In this document: positions 1-8,462 of the stretch, piece after piece
Layout: each line of letters starts with the position of its first letter
How positions within the stretch are numbered: position 1 is the first letter of the stretch
Source of the DNA: Candidatus Micrarchaeota archaeon
GTDB taxonomy: Archaea > Micrarchaeota > Micrarchaeia > Micrarchaeales > CABMGC01
NCBI GenBank assembly: GCA_021801225.1
Contig: JAJYYF010000011.1
Coordinates: 6,113 to 70,112, forward strand
Direction of reading: 5' to 3'
DNA: 64,000 bases
Notes under the pieces: model-generated
What the model was told of the DNA's origin: nothing
The model's database searches: none
What the model saw: the letters and a program-made list of their open reading frames with translations, nothing else
Translations under genes and position numbers: made by a program

Positions 1-401
1 TCACAAGCCTCTTCCTTGTTTAGAGAAGGTTTTCCTGTGAATTTTCCAAAGAGTATATGATCATACTCATTTTCAGTGAGACCCTTTTCAACATATGCCT
101 GATAAGGAAAGTTAAAGACCTCATGAAGCTCGCAATCGAATCCCATCTCCTCTTTTAAACGACGATGCGCAGCTTCTAATGTAGACTCTCCGACTCTTTG
201 ATGACTACAGCAAGCATTGGTCCATCTTCCAGGAGTATGATACTTTGTAAGTGCTCTTCTTTGAAGCATTGTTTCGTTATTTTCATTAAAAATAAATACT
301 GAAAATGCTCTATGCCACTTACCACCGTTCTGATGCGCAGCTAACTTCTCCATAGTTCCGATTTGATTATCATCTTTATCTACAAGTATTACTTCTTCCA
401 T
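1..401 (-). CDS. idi: Isopentenyl-diphosphate delta-isomerase, type 1 (Nudix fold); C-terminus runs off the left edge
   Basis: Not in the ORF track because it is truncated. My reverse-strand translation from ATG at 401-399 reads MEEVILVDKDDNQIGTMEKLAAHQNGGKWHRAFSVFIFNENNETMLQRRALTKYHTPGRWTNACCSHQRVGESTLEAAHRRLKEEMG... The HRAFS, PGxWTNxCCSH and RRLxEEMG blocks are the type-1 IDI signature. Confidence 0.8.
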   Translation of the reverse strand, partial: MEEVILVDKDDNQIGTMEKLAAHQNGGKWHRAFSVFIFNENNETMLQRRALTKYHTPGRWTNACCSHQRVGESTLEAAHRRLKEEMGFDCELHEVFNFPYQAYVEKGLTENEYDHILFGKFTGKPSLNKEEAC

Positions 402-538
402 TTCAATACCAATTAAGTAAATTATATTCCAATATAAATATATATCTGTAATTATAAGTATTACTTAACTATAGATATTTATAAAATATTTATATATAAG
501 TCAGATGTCTAACATCAATTAAAGTTTGTGAGTTATTT

Positions 539-1483
539 ATGAAAATACTTTTACAGTTCCCAGAAGGCCTTAAACAAAAGGCTCTAGAACACGCAGTAAT
601 GTTAGAGAAGGAAGGTAATGAGATATTTATCTCTGCTTCCCCAACATTCGGAGCATGCGATCTTGCTATAGATGAGGCTAAGAATATAGGAGCTGAGAAG
701 TTAATACACTTCGGGCATGCCGAGTTTCATAAAGTAGATTTTAATGTTGAGTATATAGATTACAGATACGATGCCCCTATGGATAAATTACCAGAATCAT
801 TGAGGTTTCTTGATAAATTCAAGACCATAGGATTAATGACGACCATTCAACATATACATCAATTAGATGATGTTAAGAAGTTTTATGAAGATAATGGTAA
901 AAAAGTAATTATAGGTAAACCTTATGGTTTTGCAAAGAAAACTGGACAGATACTAGGTTGCGACATTGGAAGCGCAGCAAGTATAGACAGAGAGGTTGAG
1001 GCTTTAGTTTACTTTGGAGGAGGTCTATTCCACCCATTAGGTGCTTTGCTACATACTAAAAAACCATTTCTATTAGTAGAACCTTTTAACAACACAGTAG
1101 AGTTCTTAGATAGGTATAGGGATATCTACGCTAGAAAAAGCAGGGGAAGAGTAATAGCTTCTCTAGATGTTAAGAAGGTAGGTATTCTAGTTAGCACTAA
1201 GAACGGACAGCACAACATGAGCTTAGCAAAGGTGCTTAAGAGCAAGCTAGAAAAGGAGGGCATAAGTACAGGAATACTAGTTGCAAACACATTTGACTTT
1301 GAGTCTATAAACAACATGATGGAGTTCGATGCTTTTGTAAACACAGCTTGCCCTAGAATAGCCGTAGATGATACAGATAGAACTATAAAACCGCTTTTAA
1401 GTGCTAATGAAATAATGGAGGTCATTAAACTAAGAAATGAAAGAAAAGAGCTTAGAAAGATAACCTCAAATCACAACCAATAA
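539..1483 (+). CDS. dph2: Diphthamide synthesis protein Dph2 (2-(3-amino-3-carboxypropyl)histidine synthase)
   Basis: 314 aa. QFPEGL, GACD, LIHFGHA, TTIQHIHQL, GQILGCD, GGGLFHPLG and ACPR blocks are collinear with archaeal Dph2 as I remember it. Confidence 0.8.
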   Translation: MKILLQFPEGLKQKALEHAVMLEKEGNEIFISASPTFGACDLAIDEAKNIGAEKLIHFGHAEFHKVDFNVEYIDYRYDAPMDKLPESLRFLDKFKTIGLMTTIQHIHQLDDVKKFYEDNGKKVIIGKPYGFAKKTGQILGCDIGSAASIDREVEALVYFGGGLFHPLGALLHTKKPFLLVEPFNNTVEFLDRYRDIYARKSRGRVIASLDVKKVGILVSTKNGQHNMSLAKVLKSKLEKEGISTGILVANTFDFESINNMMEFDAFVNTACPRIAVDDTDRTIKPLLSANEIMEVIKLRNERKELRKITSNHNQ

Positions 1484-1500
1484 CTTTGAATTTTTATTTT

Positions 1501-2145
1501 TCAAATCGATTGAGAATAAAACTTAGCTATCTCAGAGATATAAGTTGTATTACTACCTTTTAAACGGAAAAGAGCCCATATATTTCCAGATATCTCTACT
1601 CCACTTGGTAACTTTGGTTTTATCGCAGGGACAGTGACTGTTACCTGCTCACTATTTGATATATTTATTAAGTTTACCGAATCTGTAAGATTTACTATTC
1701 CTTTTTTAGGTGAAGGCGCGGTTGTTTGATTAAGAAGAAATATCTCAACTGATGCCCAGTTAGCGTACTGTGTTTCGCTAAATGTAAATGTAAGATTTCC
1801 CGTAGTACTGGATAAAAACAGGTTTGAACAGGTAAAACCACCGAACGGAGTACATTTTGAGAATGTTACATTTGTTTGAGAGGTATTTTCTTGACAATTA
1901 CCCGGAATAAGAAGCGTTTCGGAGCTTGAACATGAGACAGTTGTATAGTAACCGGTATTGACAGTTGTCGTAGCTATCAAATAACTTGAGTTACCTTTGA
2001 TGGCAGTTAAGTTCGATGCAGTAGTATTACTTTGTTGTGTTGTTGTAGTTACGCTTAATTTCGATAATGTATTTTGTATATAAAAATACATTATAATTAT
2101 GAAAAGAAGAAGTACAAAGTATGTAATTATTGCTTTCTTGTTCAT
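1501..2145 (-). CDS. Membrane-anchored or secreted hypothetical protein rich in N-x-S/T sequons
   Basis: 214 aa. N-terminal hydrophobic anchor (IITYFVLLLFIIIMYFYI) followed by a T/S/N-rich region. Lies directly downstream of the pilin-like gene on the same strand. Confidence 0.5.
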   Translation of the reverse strand: MNKKAIITYFVLLLFIIIMYFYIQNTLSKLSVTTTTQQSNTTASNLTAIKGNSSYLIATTTVNTGYYTTVSCSSSETLLIPGNCQENTSQTNVTFSKCTPFGGFTCSNLFLSSTTGNLTFTFSETQYANWASVEIFLLNQTTAPSPKKGIVNLTDSVNLINISNSEQVTVTVPAIKPKLPSGVEISGNIWALFRLKGSNTTYISEIAKFYSQSI

Positions 2146-2273
2146 TTTATCAGTATGAAATAAGCACTTAAGATATATAAAAATAACTGAATACTAGTAA
2201 TTAAAAAATTAATTAAATATAAAAAGAAGAGGGCTTAATGCCCTCCTAAAAAATTATAAAGTTGCTACTTTGA

Positions 2274-2777
2274 TTATGTTGCCTTTCCTGTAAACGTTCC
2301 GACTTCTGCAAAGTTTGTTGCAGTACCTCCAGAGGATGTTGCGTAGGAAATCCAGATTTGACCTGATATTCCAGTTGCTATTGGTGCAGAGCCAGAAATC
2401 TGCGTTGGTATTGATGCTGAGTATGTAGCTCCAGGAATCATTGATGTAGCTATAGTATTTTGAGGTGGAGCTGAAGGAAATGATCGACTTGATGTGAATG
2501 AAGCTAATTGTGTTGAGTTAAGAAATATGGCATTTACGCTATAATAAGTAGAACCAGAGTTCTGACCTAGTGTGACTAGTATATCTCCTCCATTGTATGT
2601 TGGGCTACTACAAACAAAGCCCGACTGTGCAACACATGTTGTTGGAAGCGTTGACCCATTAAAAATTCCAAGTTCGAAAAGCGCCACTAAAACTATTGCT
2701 ATGATCAATATGGCCCAACCATATGTCATAAGATATTCCATAGCGCTTTGTCCTTTAAATGATTTCATATCTACCAC
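2274..2777 (-). CDS. Archaeal type IV pilin-like protein with class III signal peptide
   Basis: N-terminus MVDMKSFKG|QSAMEYLMTYGWAILIIAIVLVALF: short basic leader, Q at +1, E at +5, then a hydrophobic helix. This is the prepilin-peptidase (PibD/EppA-type) substrate pattern. Confidence 0.75.
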   Translation of the reverse strand: MVDMKSFKGQSAMEYLMTYGWAILIIAIVLVALFELGIFNGSTLPTTCVAQSGFVCSSPTYNGGDILVTLGQNSGSTYYSVNAIFLNSTQLASFTSSRSFPSAPPQNTIATSMIPGATYSASIPTQISGSAPIATGISGQIWISYATSSGGTATNFAEVGTFTGKAT

Positions 2778-2870
2778 TTTAAATACATTGAAAATATAAC
2801 GATAGCAAGATATTTAAATATTACTATTAAATTTGTGTTTTAAAAAAACTGTAAATTATCAAGTATCAAC

Positions 2871-4409
2871 TTAGAGAATAAATAACCATGGTAAAGCTAA
2901 AATTACAAATATTATTATTGTGAGTATTGAGAGATATCGTAATCTTTTTTCATTTTTAATTAAATTTTTATAAACTCTCCAACCATCAAACGAAGGTAAT
3001 GGAAGTAGATTTACTGTGGCAACTAAAAAGTTAAGAGTTAATGATAGAACTATGAATTGATATAAAAATGCTAAGATTGATGCAAATATCCCCTTGTTTT
3101 GTATATAAGATTGTGTTACTAAAACTCCTATTTTACCAGTTGCGTTTGTATGTAATTTGTAAGTTGAGTTGTTTGAAACTATAGTGACAATACTATTTGG
3201 TTTATCATTTGAAGCTACATTAATTAAGGTAGATATGTTGTTAATTGGAACATTATCCCAAGATTTAATTATAGTCCCTGGTATTATAACATTGTAAGCT
3301 GATGAATTTGGAACTACTTGATAAATATAAACACTATTTACGTAGATATGTGAAACTATAAAAAGTAAAAAAATGACTGTCAATATGAAAAATACAAATG
3401 TAAGAAGGAAGTTTGCTGAAACACCAGCTATGAATATATTATTTTGTTTATAAGTTTCTGAGGACATTACTTTTTTTTCATCAGGTTCTACAAAAGCACC
3501 CATTGGAATAACTCCGAAAAGTACAAGACCAACCCTTTTTATTGATATTTTATATATTTTTGAGAGTATACCATGAGAAAACTCATGCACTACTAAAATT
3601 ACAGCTAATGAAAGAATTCCTGCGAATAAAGGTATATCTATTCCTGGAATTATTGGCGCGAGTGCAGGTATTGAGGTTGATAAAGGTGTGTAGTTAGGTG
3701 TTGATGAAGCTATTGAAGAAGCTACTGTAAATACATTAAGTAATGTTGAACCAGATGCTATCAAAAGTTCAGAAAATAAAAATAATGAAAATCCTCCAAA
3801 AAGTGTAATTATAAGAAGTACTAATCCAGTAGTGTTTAAGGTTAAAGAACTTATGAGATTTTGAGAGGATATTACATTTAATGAAGGTAAGTTAGGAAGG
3901 GAAATAAACTGTAAAGACAATAAAAAGTATGGAAGTATTACAAATATTATTGCGAATATTGATAACAGACCAATAACTAAAGCTTTCTTTGATATTCTAT
4001 TTTTAAAAATAAAGTAGGACAGTGCCCCGAAACTGAGAACTAGACCCCACTCAGATAAAAATATCCAAAAGCCTTTTCTCCAGTTAGATAGACACTCTAT
4101 TGTTTTTATCCCCCTAGTTCCGCTTAGTAGGTATATTCCATGATCTCCATCAAAAGCATTTATTCTATTTATTGCAACTCCAGAGATAAATAGAGTTAAT
4201 ATAGCAAAAAGCAATCTAACAGGTATTGAGTAGTTTACGACATAAAATAAGTATAACAACAAAAATGATAATACAAATATTCCTATTGTTAATGCTGTCC
4301 TTTTATTTTTTGAATACATTGGTTTTCTTTTTTGAGTTTGTGAAGATGTACTATTATTTTTAATTTTTTTTACAGTAGAGTTAGGACTCTGAAGATTATT
4401 TTTTACCAT
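2871..4409 (-). CDS. Site-2 protease family (M50) zinc metalloprotease, polytopic membrane protein
   Basis: 512 aa, multiple TM segments. HEFSHG (HExxH) motif and a distal NLLPLPSFDGWRVY (NxxPxxxxDG) motif. Confidence 0.8.
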   Translation of the reverse strand: MVKNNLQSPNSTVKKIKNNSTSSQTQKRKPMYSKNKRTALTIGIFVLSFLLLYLFYVVNYSIPVRLLFAILTLFISGVAINRINAFDGDHGIYLLSGTRGIKTIECLSNWRKGFWIFLSEWGLVLSFGALSYFIFKNRISKKALVIGLLSIFAIIFVILPYFLLSLQFISLPNLPSLNVISSQNLISSLTLNTTGLVLLIITLFGGFSLFLFSELLIASGSTLLNVFTVASSIASSTPNYTPLSTSIPALAPIIPGIDIPLFAGILSLAVILVVHEFSHGILSKIYKISIKRVGLVLFGVIPMGAFVEPDEKKVMSSETYKQNNIFIAGVSANFLLTFVFFILTVIFLLFIVSHIYVNSVYIYQVVPNSSAYNVIIPGTIIKSWDNVPINNISTLINVASNDKPNSIVTIVSNNSTYKLHTNATGKIGVLVTQSYIQNKGIFASILAFLYQFIVLSLTLNFLVATVNLLPLPSFDGWRVYKNLIKNEKRLRYLSILTIIIFVILALPWLFIL

Positions 4410-4470
4410 GAATATGTTTCACTACAAATATATTTATAGATTAACTGCTGATTATAGGCTGGGTCTTTGA

Positions 4471-4929
4471 ATGTATGATTGCGAGATTTGTGGTAAAAAA
4501 ACTGAGTCCTTGTATATAATAGATGTAGAAGGAGCAGAGTTAACTACATGCAGAGCATGTGCAGAAGGAAAAAATGTAATAGAAGTCATGGATGAAAACA
4601 CTAAAAATAAAAAAAATCAAAAAAGAAAAGATGAGGAACAGACAGGAGAGACAACGGAGGTAGTGGAGAATTATGGTTTGATTATTAGAACTGCACGAGA
4701 AAAGATAGGAATTCCTGTCAAGGTTCTAGCTGAAATGATAAATGAAAAAGAGAGTATGTTGAATAGGATAGAACACCAGCGTTTGTTGCCTAGCGATAAA
4801 GTTATAGATAAACTTGAAAAAAATCTTGGAATAAAATTAAAAACAGGTGTTGTTGAAAAAACAAGTAAAGGAAATAAAGATCCTGATTCTCCAATAACAT
4901 TGGGAGATGCTGCCGGTTTTAAGAAATAA
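4471..4929 (+). CDS. Archaeal multiprotein bridging factor 1 (aMBF1): zinc ribbon plus XRE-type HTH
   Basis: N-terminal CEICG...CRAC zinc ribbon, acidic/basic linker, and C-terminal HTH (IRTAREKIGIPVKVLAEMINEKESMLNRIE). Confidence 0.8.
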   Translation: MYDCEICGKKTESLYIIDVEGAELTTCRACAEGKNVIEVMDENTKNKKNQKRKDEEQTGETTEVVENYGLIIRTAREKIGIPVKVLAEMINEKESMLNRIEHQRLLPSDKVIDKLEKNLGIKLKTGVVEKTSKGNKDPDSPITLGDAAGFKK

Positions 4930-5090
4930 AATTTGGTGAGTAAGTAGCAGTTGATATTGGTAAACTTATAAATGAGATAAAAAGAGCTGTTTCGCTTGAT
5001 GAACTTTCAGGCAAGGTAGTTGCAATAGATGCTTACAATACAATATATCAATTTTTATCTATAATAAGACAACCTGATGGAACTCCTTTA

Positions 5091-6002
5091 ATGGACTCTA
5101 AAAATAGAGTAACTAGCCATTTATCAGGATTATTTTATAGGACATTAAATTTAATTGAGAATAACATACAGCCTGTTTATGTTTTTGATGGAATTCCATC
5201 TATTCTTAAACAAAGAACAATCTCAGCTAGAATTAAAAAAAGAGAAGAAGCTTTAGAAGCATGGAACAAAGCTAAAGAGGAAGGCATGATTGACAACGCA
5301 AGAGCTTATGCTGTTGCTAGCACTAGAATAAATAAAGAGATTGTAGAGTCATCTAAAGAACTATTAAAGTATATGGGCATACCTTTCATACAAGCACCAG
5401 GGGAAGGCGAGGCTCAAAGTGCAGTTATGACTAAAACAGGAGTTGCTTATGCATCTGCTTCTCAAGATTATGACTCATTTCTTTTTGGAGCTGTTAATGT
5501 AATTAGAAATCTTACTATTACCGGAAGAAGAAAACTGCCTAGAAAAAATGTATTCATAAATGTAGAGCCAGAGTTATCTCGTACTGAAGATCTTCTTAAA
5601 AAATTTGAGATTAATCAGACTCAATTAATAATGCTGGGTGCATTAATCGGAACTGATTTCAACACAGGAATCGAAAAGGTCGGGCCTAAAACTGCACTTA
5701 AATTAGTTAAGGAAAATCCTACTCAAAAAGAAATAGAAAGAGTAGTGAAAGAAAAATATAAAATTGAGTTTGACGTTCCGCTAGAAGATATAATAAATGT
5801 TTTCAAGGAACCAGATGTGAAAGAGATAACAACTGAAGATTTTGAGGAGTTACTTAAAAAAACAAAACCCGATTCTGAAAGGCTTTTGAGGTTTCTTTCT
5901 GATGAGCATGAGTTCTCACATGAAAGAATAAGTTTAGGGATAAAAAAACTTTTAGAAAGCAGAAATTTAGGAAATCAAAAAGGTATAAATAATTGGATGT
6001 AG
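5091..6002 (+). CDS. fen: Flap endonuclease 1 (FEN-1). Coordinates are the ATG-delimited ORF; homology continues upstream to 4944.
   Basis: SHLSGLFYRTLNLIENNIQPVYVFDG, PGEGEAQ, SQDYDS and GTDFN are FEN-1 motifs. The in-frame upstream codons 4944-5090 encode VAVDIGKLI...GKVVAIDAYNTIYQFLSIIRQPDGTPL, the conserved FEN-1 N-terminus. They have no ATG/GTG/TTG (see findings). Confidence 0.85.
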   Translation: MDSKNRVTSHLSGLFYRTLNLIENNIQPVYVFDGIPSILKQRTISARIKKREEALEAWNKAKEEGMIDNARAYAVASTRINKEIVESSKELLKYMGIPFIQAPGEGEAQSAVMTKTGVAYASASQDYDSFLFGAVNVIRNLTITGRRKLPRKNVFINVEPELSRTEDLLKKFEINQTQLIMLGALIGTDFNTGIEKVGPKTALKLVKENPTQKEIERVVKEKYKIEFDVPLEDIINVFKEPDVKEITTEDFEELLKKTKPDSERLLRFLSDEHEFSHERISLGIKKLLESRNLGNQKGINNWM

Positions 6003-6020
6003 AAAGAAATACTGATTCAT

Positions 6021-6140
6021 ATGCAAAAAACTGTAAAGAAAAAGACAAGAAAAGTTGGTAAGAGATATAGAAAAACAAACTCTATCTCAAAGTTAAAGAA
6101 AAGAAGTAGAAAACTTATGAAGAGGACAAGGGCAAGGTAA
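6021..6140 (+). CDS. Possible 39-aa extremely basic small protein (untracked ORF)
   Basis: ATG 6021 to TAA 6138-6140 gives MQKTVKKKTRKVGKRYRKTNSISKLKKRSRKLMKRTRAR. About half the residues are K/R. Overlaps the 3' end of the opposite-strand ORF by 26 nt. No homology recognised. Confidence 0.25.
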   Translation: MQKTVKKKTRKVGKRYRKTNSISKLKKRSRKLMKRTRAR

Positions 6141-6654
6141 TATCTCTGTAAATTTTATCGTTAAATTCATAAGCAATTGTTTCTGTTTTGATATTTTCTA
6201 TTAAGTACTTAAAAAATAAATCCTTATTTTTAAATGATTTAGGTTCTGTGTTATTTTTAAATAGTAATATTTCGTTTTCATGTTCATAATAAACTACAAT
6301 TGTATTTTTACCATCAGAGTTTAATATGAAAATTTTACTCGTAACACAGCCTAATGCAATTAATGAGCTACATAATAAACTGTAATAATCTAACTCGTCA
6401 CCTATCTCATTTTTGAGAGTTTCAGATGGAGTTTGCCAAAACTGTATTGGCAATGAAGTAATTTTTATTCTTTTTTCTAGATTATTGAATAGATTAATTG
6501 AAGCCTCTTTTATATTTTTTTGTGAGAAGTTTTCAAAAGAAGATTTAATCTCAGAAGATAAAGATATAATATCCTCAAGATCAGGATTTATTAATTTAGG
6601 TAAATCTGGAAGATATAAGCTTTCTACTTGCTCAATATGGTCTTTATAACGCAT
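6115..6654 (-). CDS. Hypothetical protein (possible transglutaminase-like fold lacking the catalytic Cys)
   Basis: 179 aa. The segment TPSETLKNEIGDELDYYSLLCSSLIALG resembles the GxCxDxxxL..ALLRAxG core of transglutaminase-like proteins, but E replaces C. Weak. Confidence 0.45.
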   Translation of the reverse strand: MRYKDHIEQVESLYLPDLPKLINPDLEDIISLSSEIKSSFENFSQKNIKEASINLFNNLEKRIKITSLPIQFWQTPSETLKNEIGDELDYYSLLCSSLIALGCVTSKIFILNSDGKNTIVVYYEHENEILLFKNNTEPKSFKNKDLFFKYLIENIKTETIAYEFNDKIYRDITLPLSSS

Positions 6655-6710
6655 GATAATAGTTAAGTAAAGAGAATTATATCTTTTAAGAAGCTCTTTG
6701 TCTTCTAAAA

Positions 6711-7142
6711 CTAACCTAAAACCACCATTGTTTTTGTATTTACGATTCCTGCTTTGGTGTGTATATAATCTTGTAATATCTCCTTGAAGTGTTGTGTATC
6801 CTTGGCTATGACTTTTATAATAAGATCAGCATCGCTTGTCACCATAAAGCCTTCTCTAACATAGACTATCTCCAATAATTCTTTTAATAAAGTGTCTTGT
6901 GATTTTTTAATATCTCTTAGAATATTTATGTCAACGTTTATTAGTACAAATGCGGTTATTGAAAATCCTGCCTTTTTCCAGTCTATCTCTCCTTTATAAT
7001 GCTTTATGATTTTTTCTTTCTCTAACTTTTTAATTCTAAAGTGTATCGTAGAAATAGGCGTATTTAATTTCTTTGCTAATGTAGTGTATTTTATAAGTCC
7101 TGAATCGATATTTGTTATTATATCCTCATCAAACTCATCCAT
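6711..7142 (-). CDS. Lrp/AsnC family transcriptional regulator
   Basis: 143 aa. N-terminal HTH (YTTLAKKLNTPISTIHFRIKKLEKEKIIK) followed by a RAM-like ligand domain (ITAFVLINVD...). Confidence 0.8.
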   Translation of the reverse strand: MDEFDEDIITNIDSGLIKYTTLAKKLNTPISTIHFRIKKLEKEKIIKHYKGEIDWKKAGFSITAFVLINVDINILRDIKKSQDTLLKELLEIVYVREGFMVTSDADLIIKVIAKDTQHFKEILQDYIHTKAGIVNTKTMVVLG

Positions 7143-7445
7143 AATTGATTTATGAAGGCAATGAATATATGTCTTGCGTAATAATACTAACGCAGATTAC
7201 AAAGTCAAATGTATGAAATTTTTTTTATAAGTAGGCCATTTTACCACATAAGACGACAAATAATATTTTGTATACGTAATACATATTTTTTATTGTAAAA
7301 AATACAACGTAGTATATATATAAGCATTAAAATTTTATAATTATTACATAAAAATAAGAAAAAAGTATATAAATAACTTAATATAATATGATATCAGTTA
7401 TTTCTAGCCTTTATGGTAAAGAGAAATGATTTAGGGGGTTGGGTC

Positions 7446-7472
7446 GCCCAAAAGGTTGGGTACCTTTTGGGC
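7446..7472. other. Perfect 10-bp stem / 7-nt loop hairpin in a locally G+C-enriched intergenic patch
   Basis: GCCCAAAAGG (7446-7455), TTGGGTA, CCTTTTGGGC (7463-7472). GGTTGGGT occurs twice (7437-7444, 7454-7461). Lies upstream of the 7528 ORF. Confidence 0.4.
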
Positions 7473-7527
7473 ATTATATTTAAGGTGGTTGTTTTTGTTT
7501 AATTAGCTGAGGCAATCGCGTTAATAT

Positions 7528-7809
7528 GTGGGGAAGATGAATAGAAAAAATATTGGAAAAAAGATTAGTAGATGTAATGGATATTCTTTATTTTTTATAG
7601 AGCCAAAAATTTTTGGTAATGTTGATTACATAGCTAATGAATTGATAGCATTGAACTCAGTAAAGGAGGTTGGAGTAACAAGTGGAAAGTATGGTTTTCT
7701 TGTTAAGTGTAAACCTTATGATAAAAGAGAAATGGAGGTATTAAAACATATTAAGAAAAAAGTAGGTAATGTTTCAAAATTAGAGTGCCATTATACATAT
7801 ATGAGATGA
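7528..7809 (+). CDS. Small hypothetical protein (possibly a stand-alone Lrp/AsnC-type ligand-binding (RAM) domain)
   Basis: 93 aa with a GTG start (ATG 9 nt downstream). The pattern of alternating beta/alpha segments (YSLFFIE...VKEVGVTSGKYGFLVKC) is RAM-like. Weak. Confidence 0.4.
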   Translation: MGKMNRKNIGKKISRCNGYSLFFIEPKIFGNVDYIANELIALNSVKEVGVTSGKYGFLVKCKPYDKREMEVLKHIKKKVGNVSKLECHYTYMR

Positions 7810-7812
7810 ACT

Positions 7813-8448
7813 TTACTTCAATTTGGAGATTAACTGAGAGTAATTAGAGGTTTTCTTTCCATATTTAGTTAATTTCCTTTTTTTGTTATTTATTATTTTT
7901 TGCATTAATTGTATCTCTCCTGATCTAAGGAACTTGAATATACCTTTATTCTTTTTATTTAACTCACGTGCAATTTGATTAAGTGCTTTTTCTTCTTTAC
8001 TCATTCGTGTATTATATGATCCTACCTTTCTTTCTATTCCTGAGATTAACAGTTCATGATACTTCTTAATTGAACGCAGATCTCTTGCTTTTGCAGTTAA
8101 GCCTATTAGAATTATATCTGTTATTTCAGGGGTAAAGATATTTTGATAGCCAACAGCTAGCTTCTCAATGAATGTAAGATAACTTTTCAACTCAGGAGTT
8201 GTCATGTGTTTTGCATTTGATATAACATTTTGCATACATATTGCTTCATAGTCTAGATTCTTTAAAAGAACCTCCATCTTTGCTACATGTTCATCTAATA
8301 ATTGCAATGAAATTACTGATTTAGGATCAGATGTTTCTAATAATTTACCTCTCCATGTTTCTTTTATAATACGTCTTAATGCAACACCTTCAAATGAACT
8401 TGTTGAAGAAATTTCCTGACGATTATCTTTTGTTTGAATATTTACCAT
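7813..8448 (-). CDS. Hypothetical protein, predicted helical
   Basis: 211-aa intact ORF with a K-rich C-terminus. No motif recognised. Confidence 0.45.
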   Translation of the reverse strand: MVNIQTKDNRQEISSTSSFEGVALRRIIKETWRGKLLETSDPKSVISLQLLDEHVAKMEVLLKNLDYEAICMQNVISNAKHMTTPELKSYLTFIEKLAVGYQNIFTPEITDIILIGLTAKARDLRSIKKYHELLISGIERKVGSYNTRMSKEEKALNQIARELNKKNKGIFKFLRSGEIQLMQKIINNKKRKLTKYGKKTSNYSQLISKLK

Positions 8449-8462
8449 TTACACAACACTTT

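Noticed and set aside
1126-1425. 99-aa minus-strand ORF inside dph2, plus similar short antisense ORFs in housekeeping genes (e.g. 9699-9920, 11350-11535, 19298-19507, 33682-33954, 60291-60485)
   Set aside because: All lie entirely within, and antisense to, genes with strong motif support. None has a recognisable motif.
4933-4947. TTG (4933) or GTG (4936) as the missing FEN-1 start codon
   Set aside because: Both are in the +1 frame relative to fen and reach TAG (4945-4947) after four codons. They cannot supply the conserved N-terminus without a frameshift.
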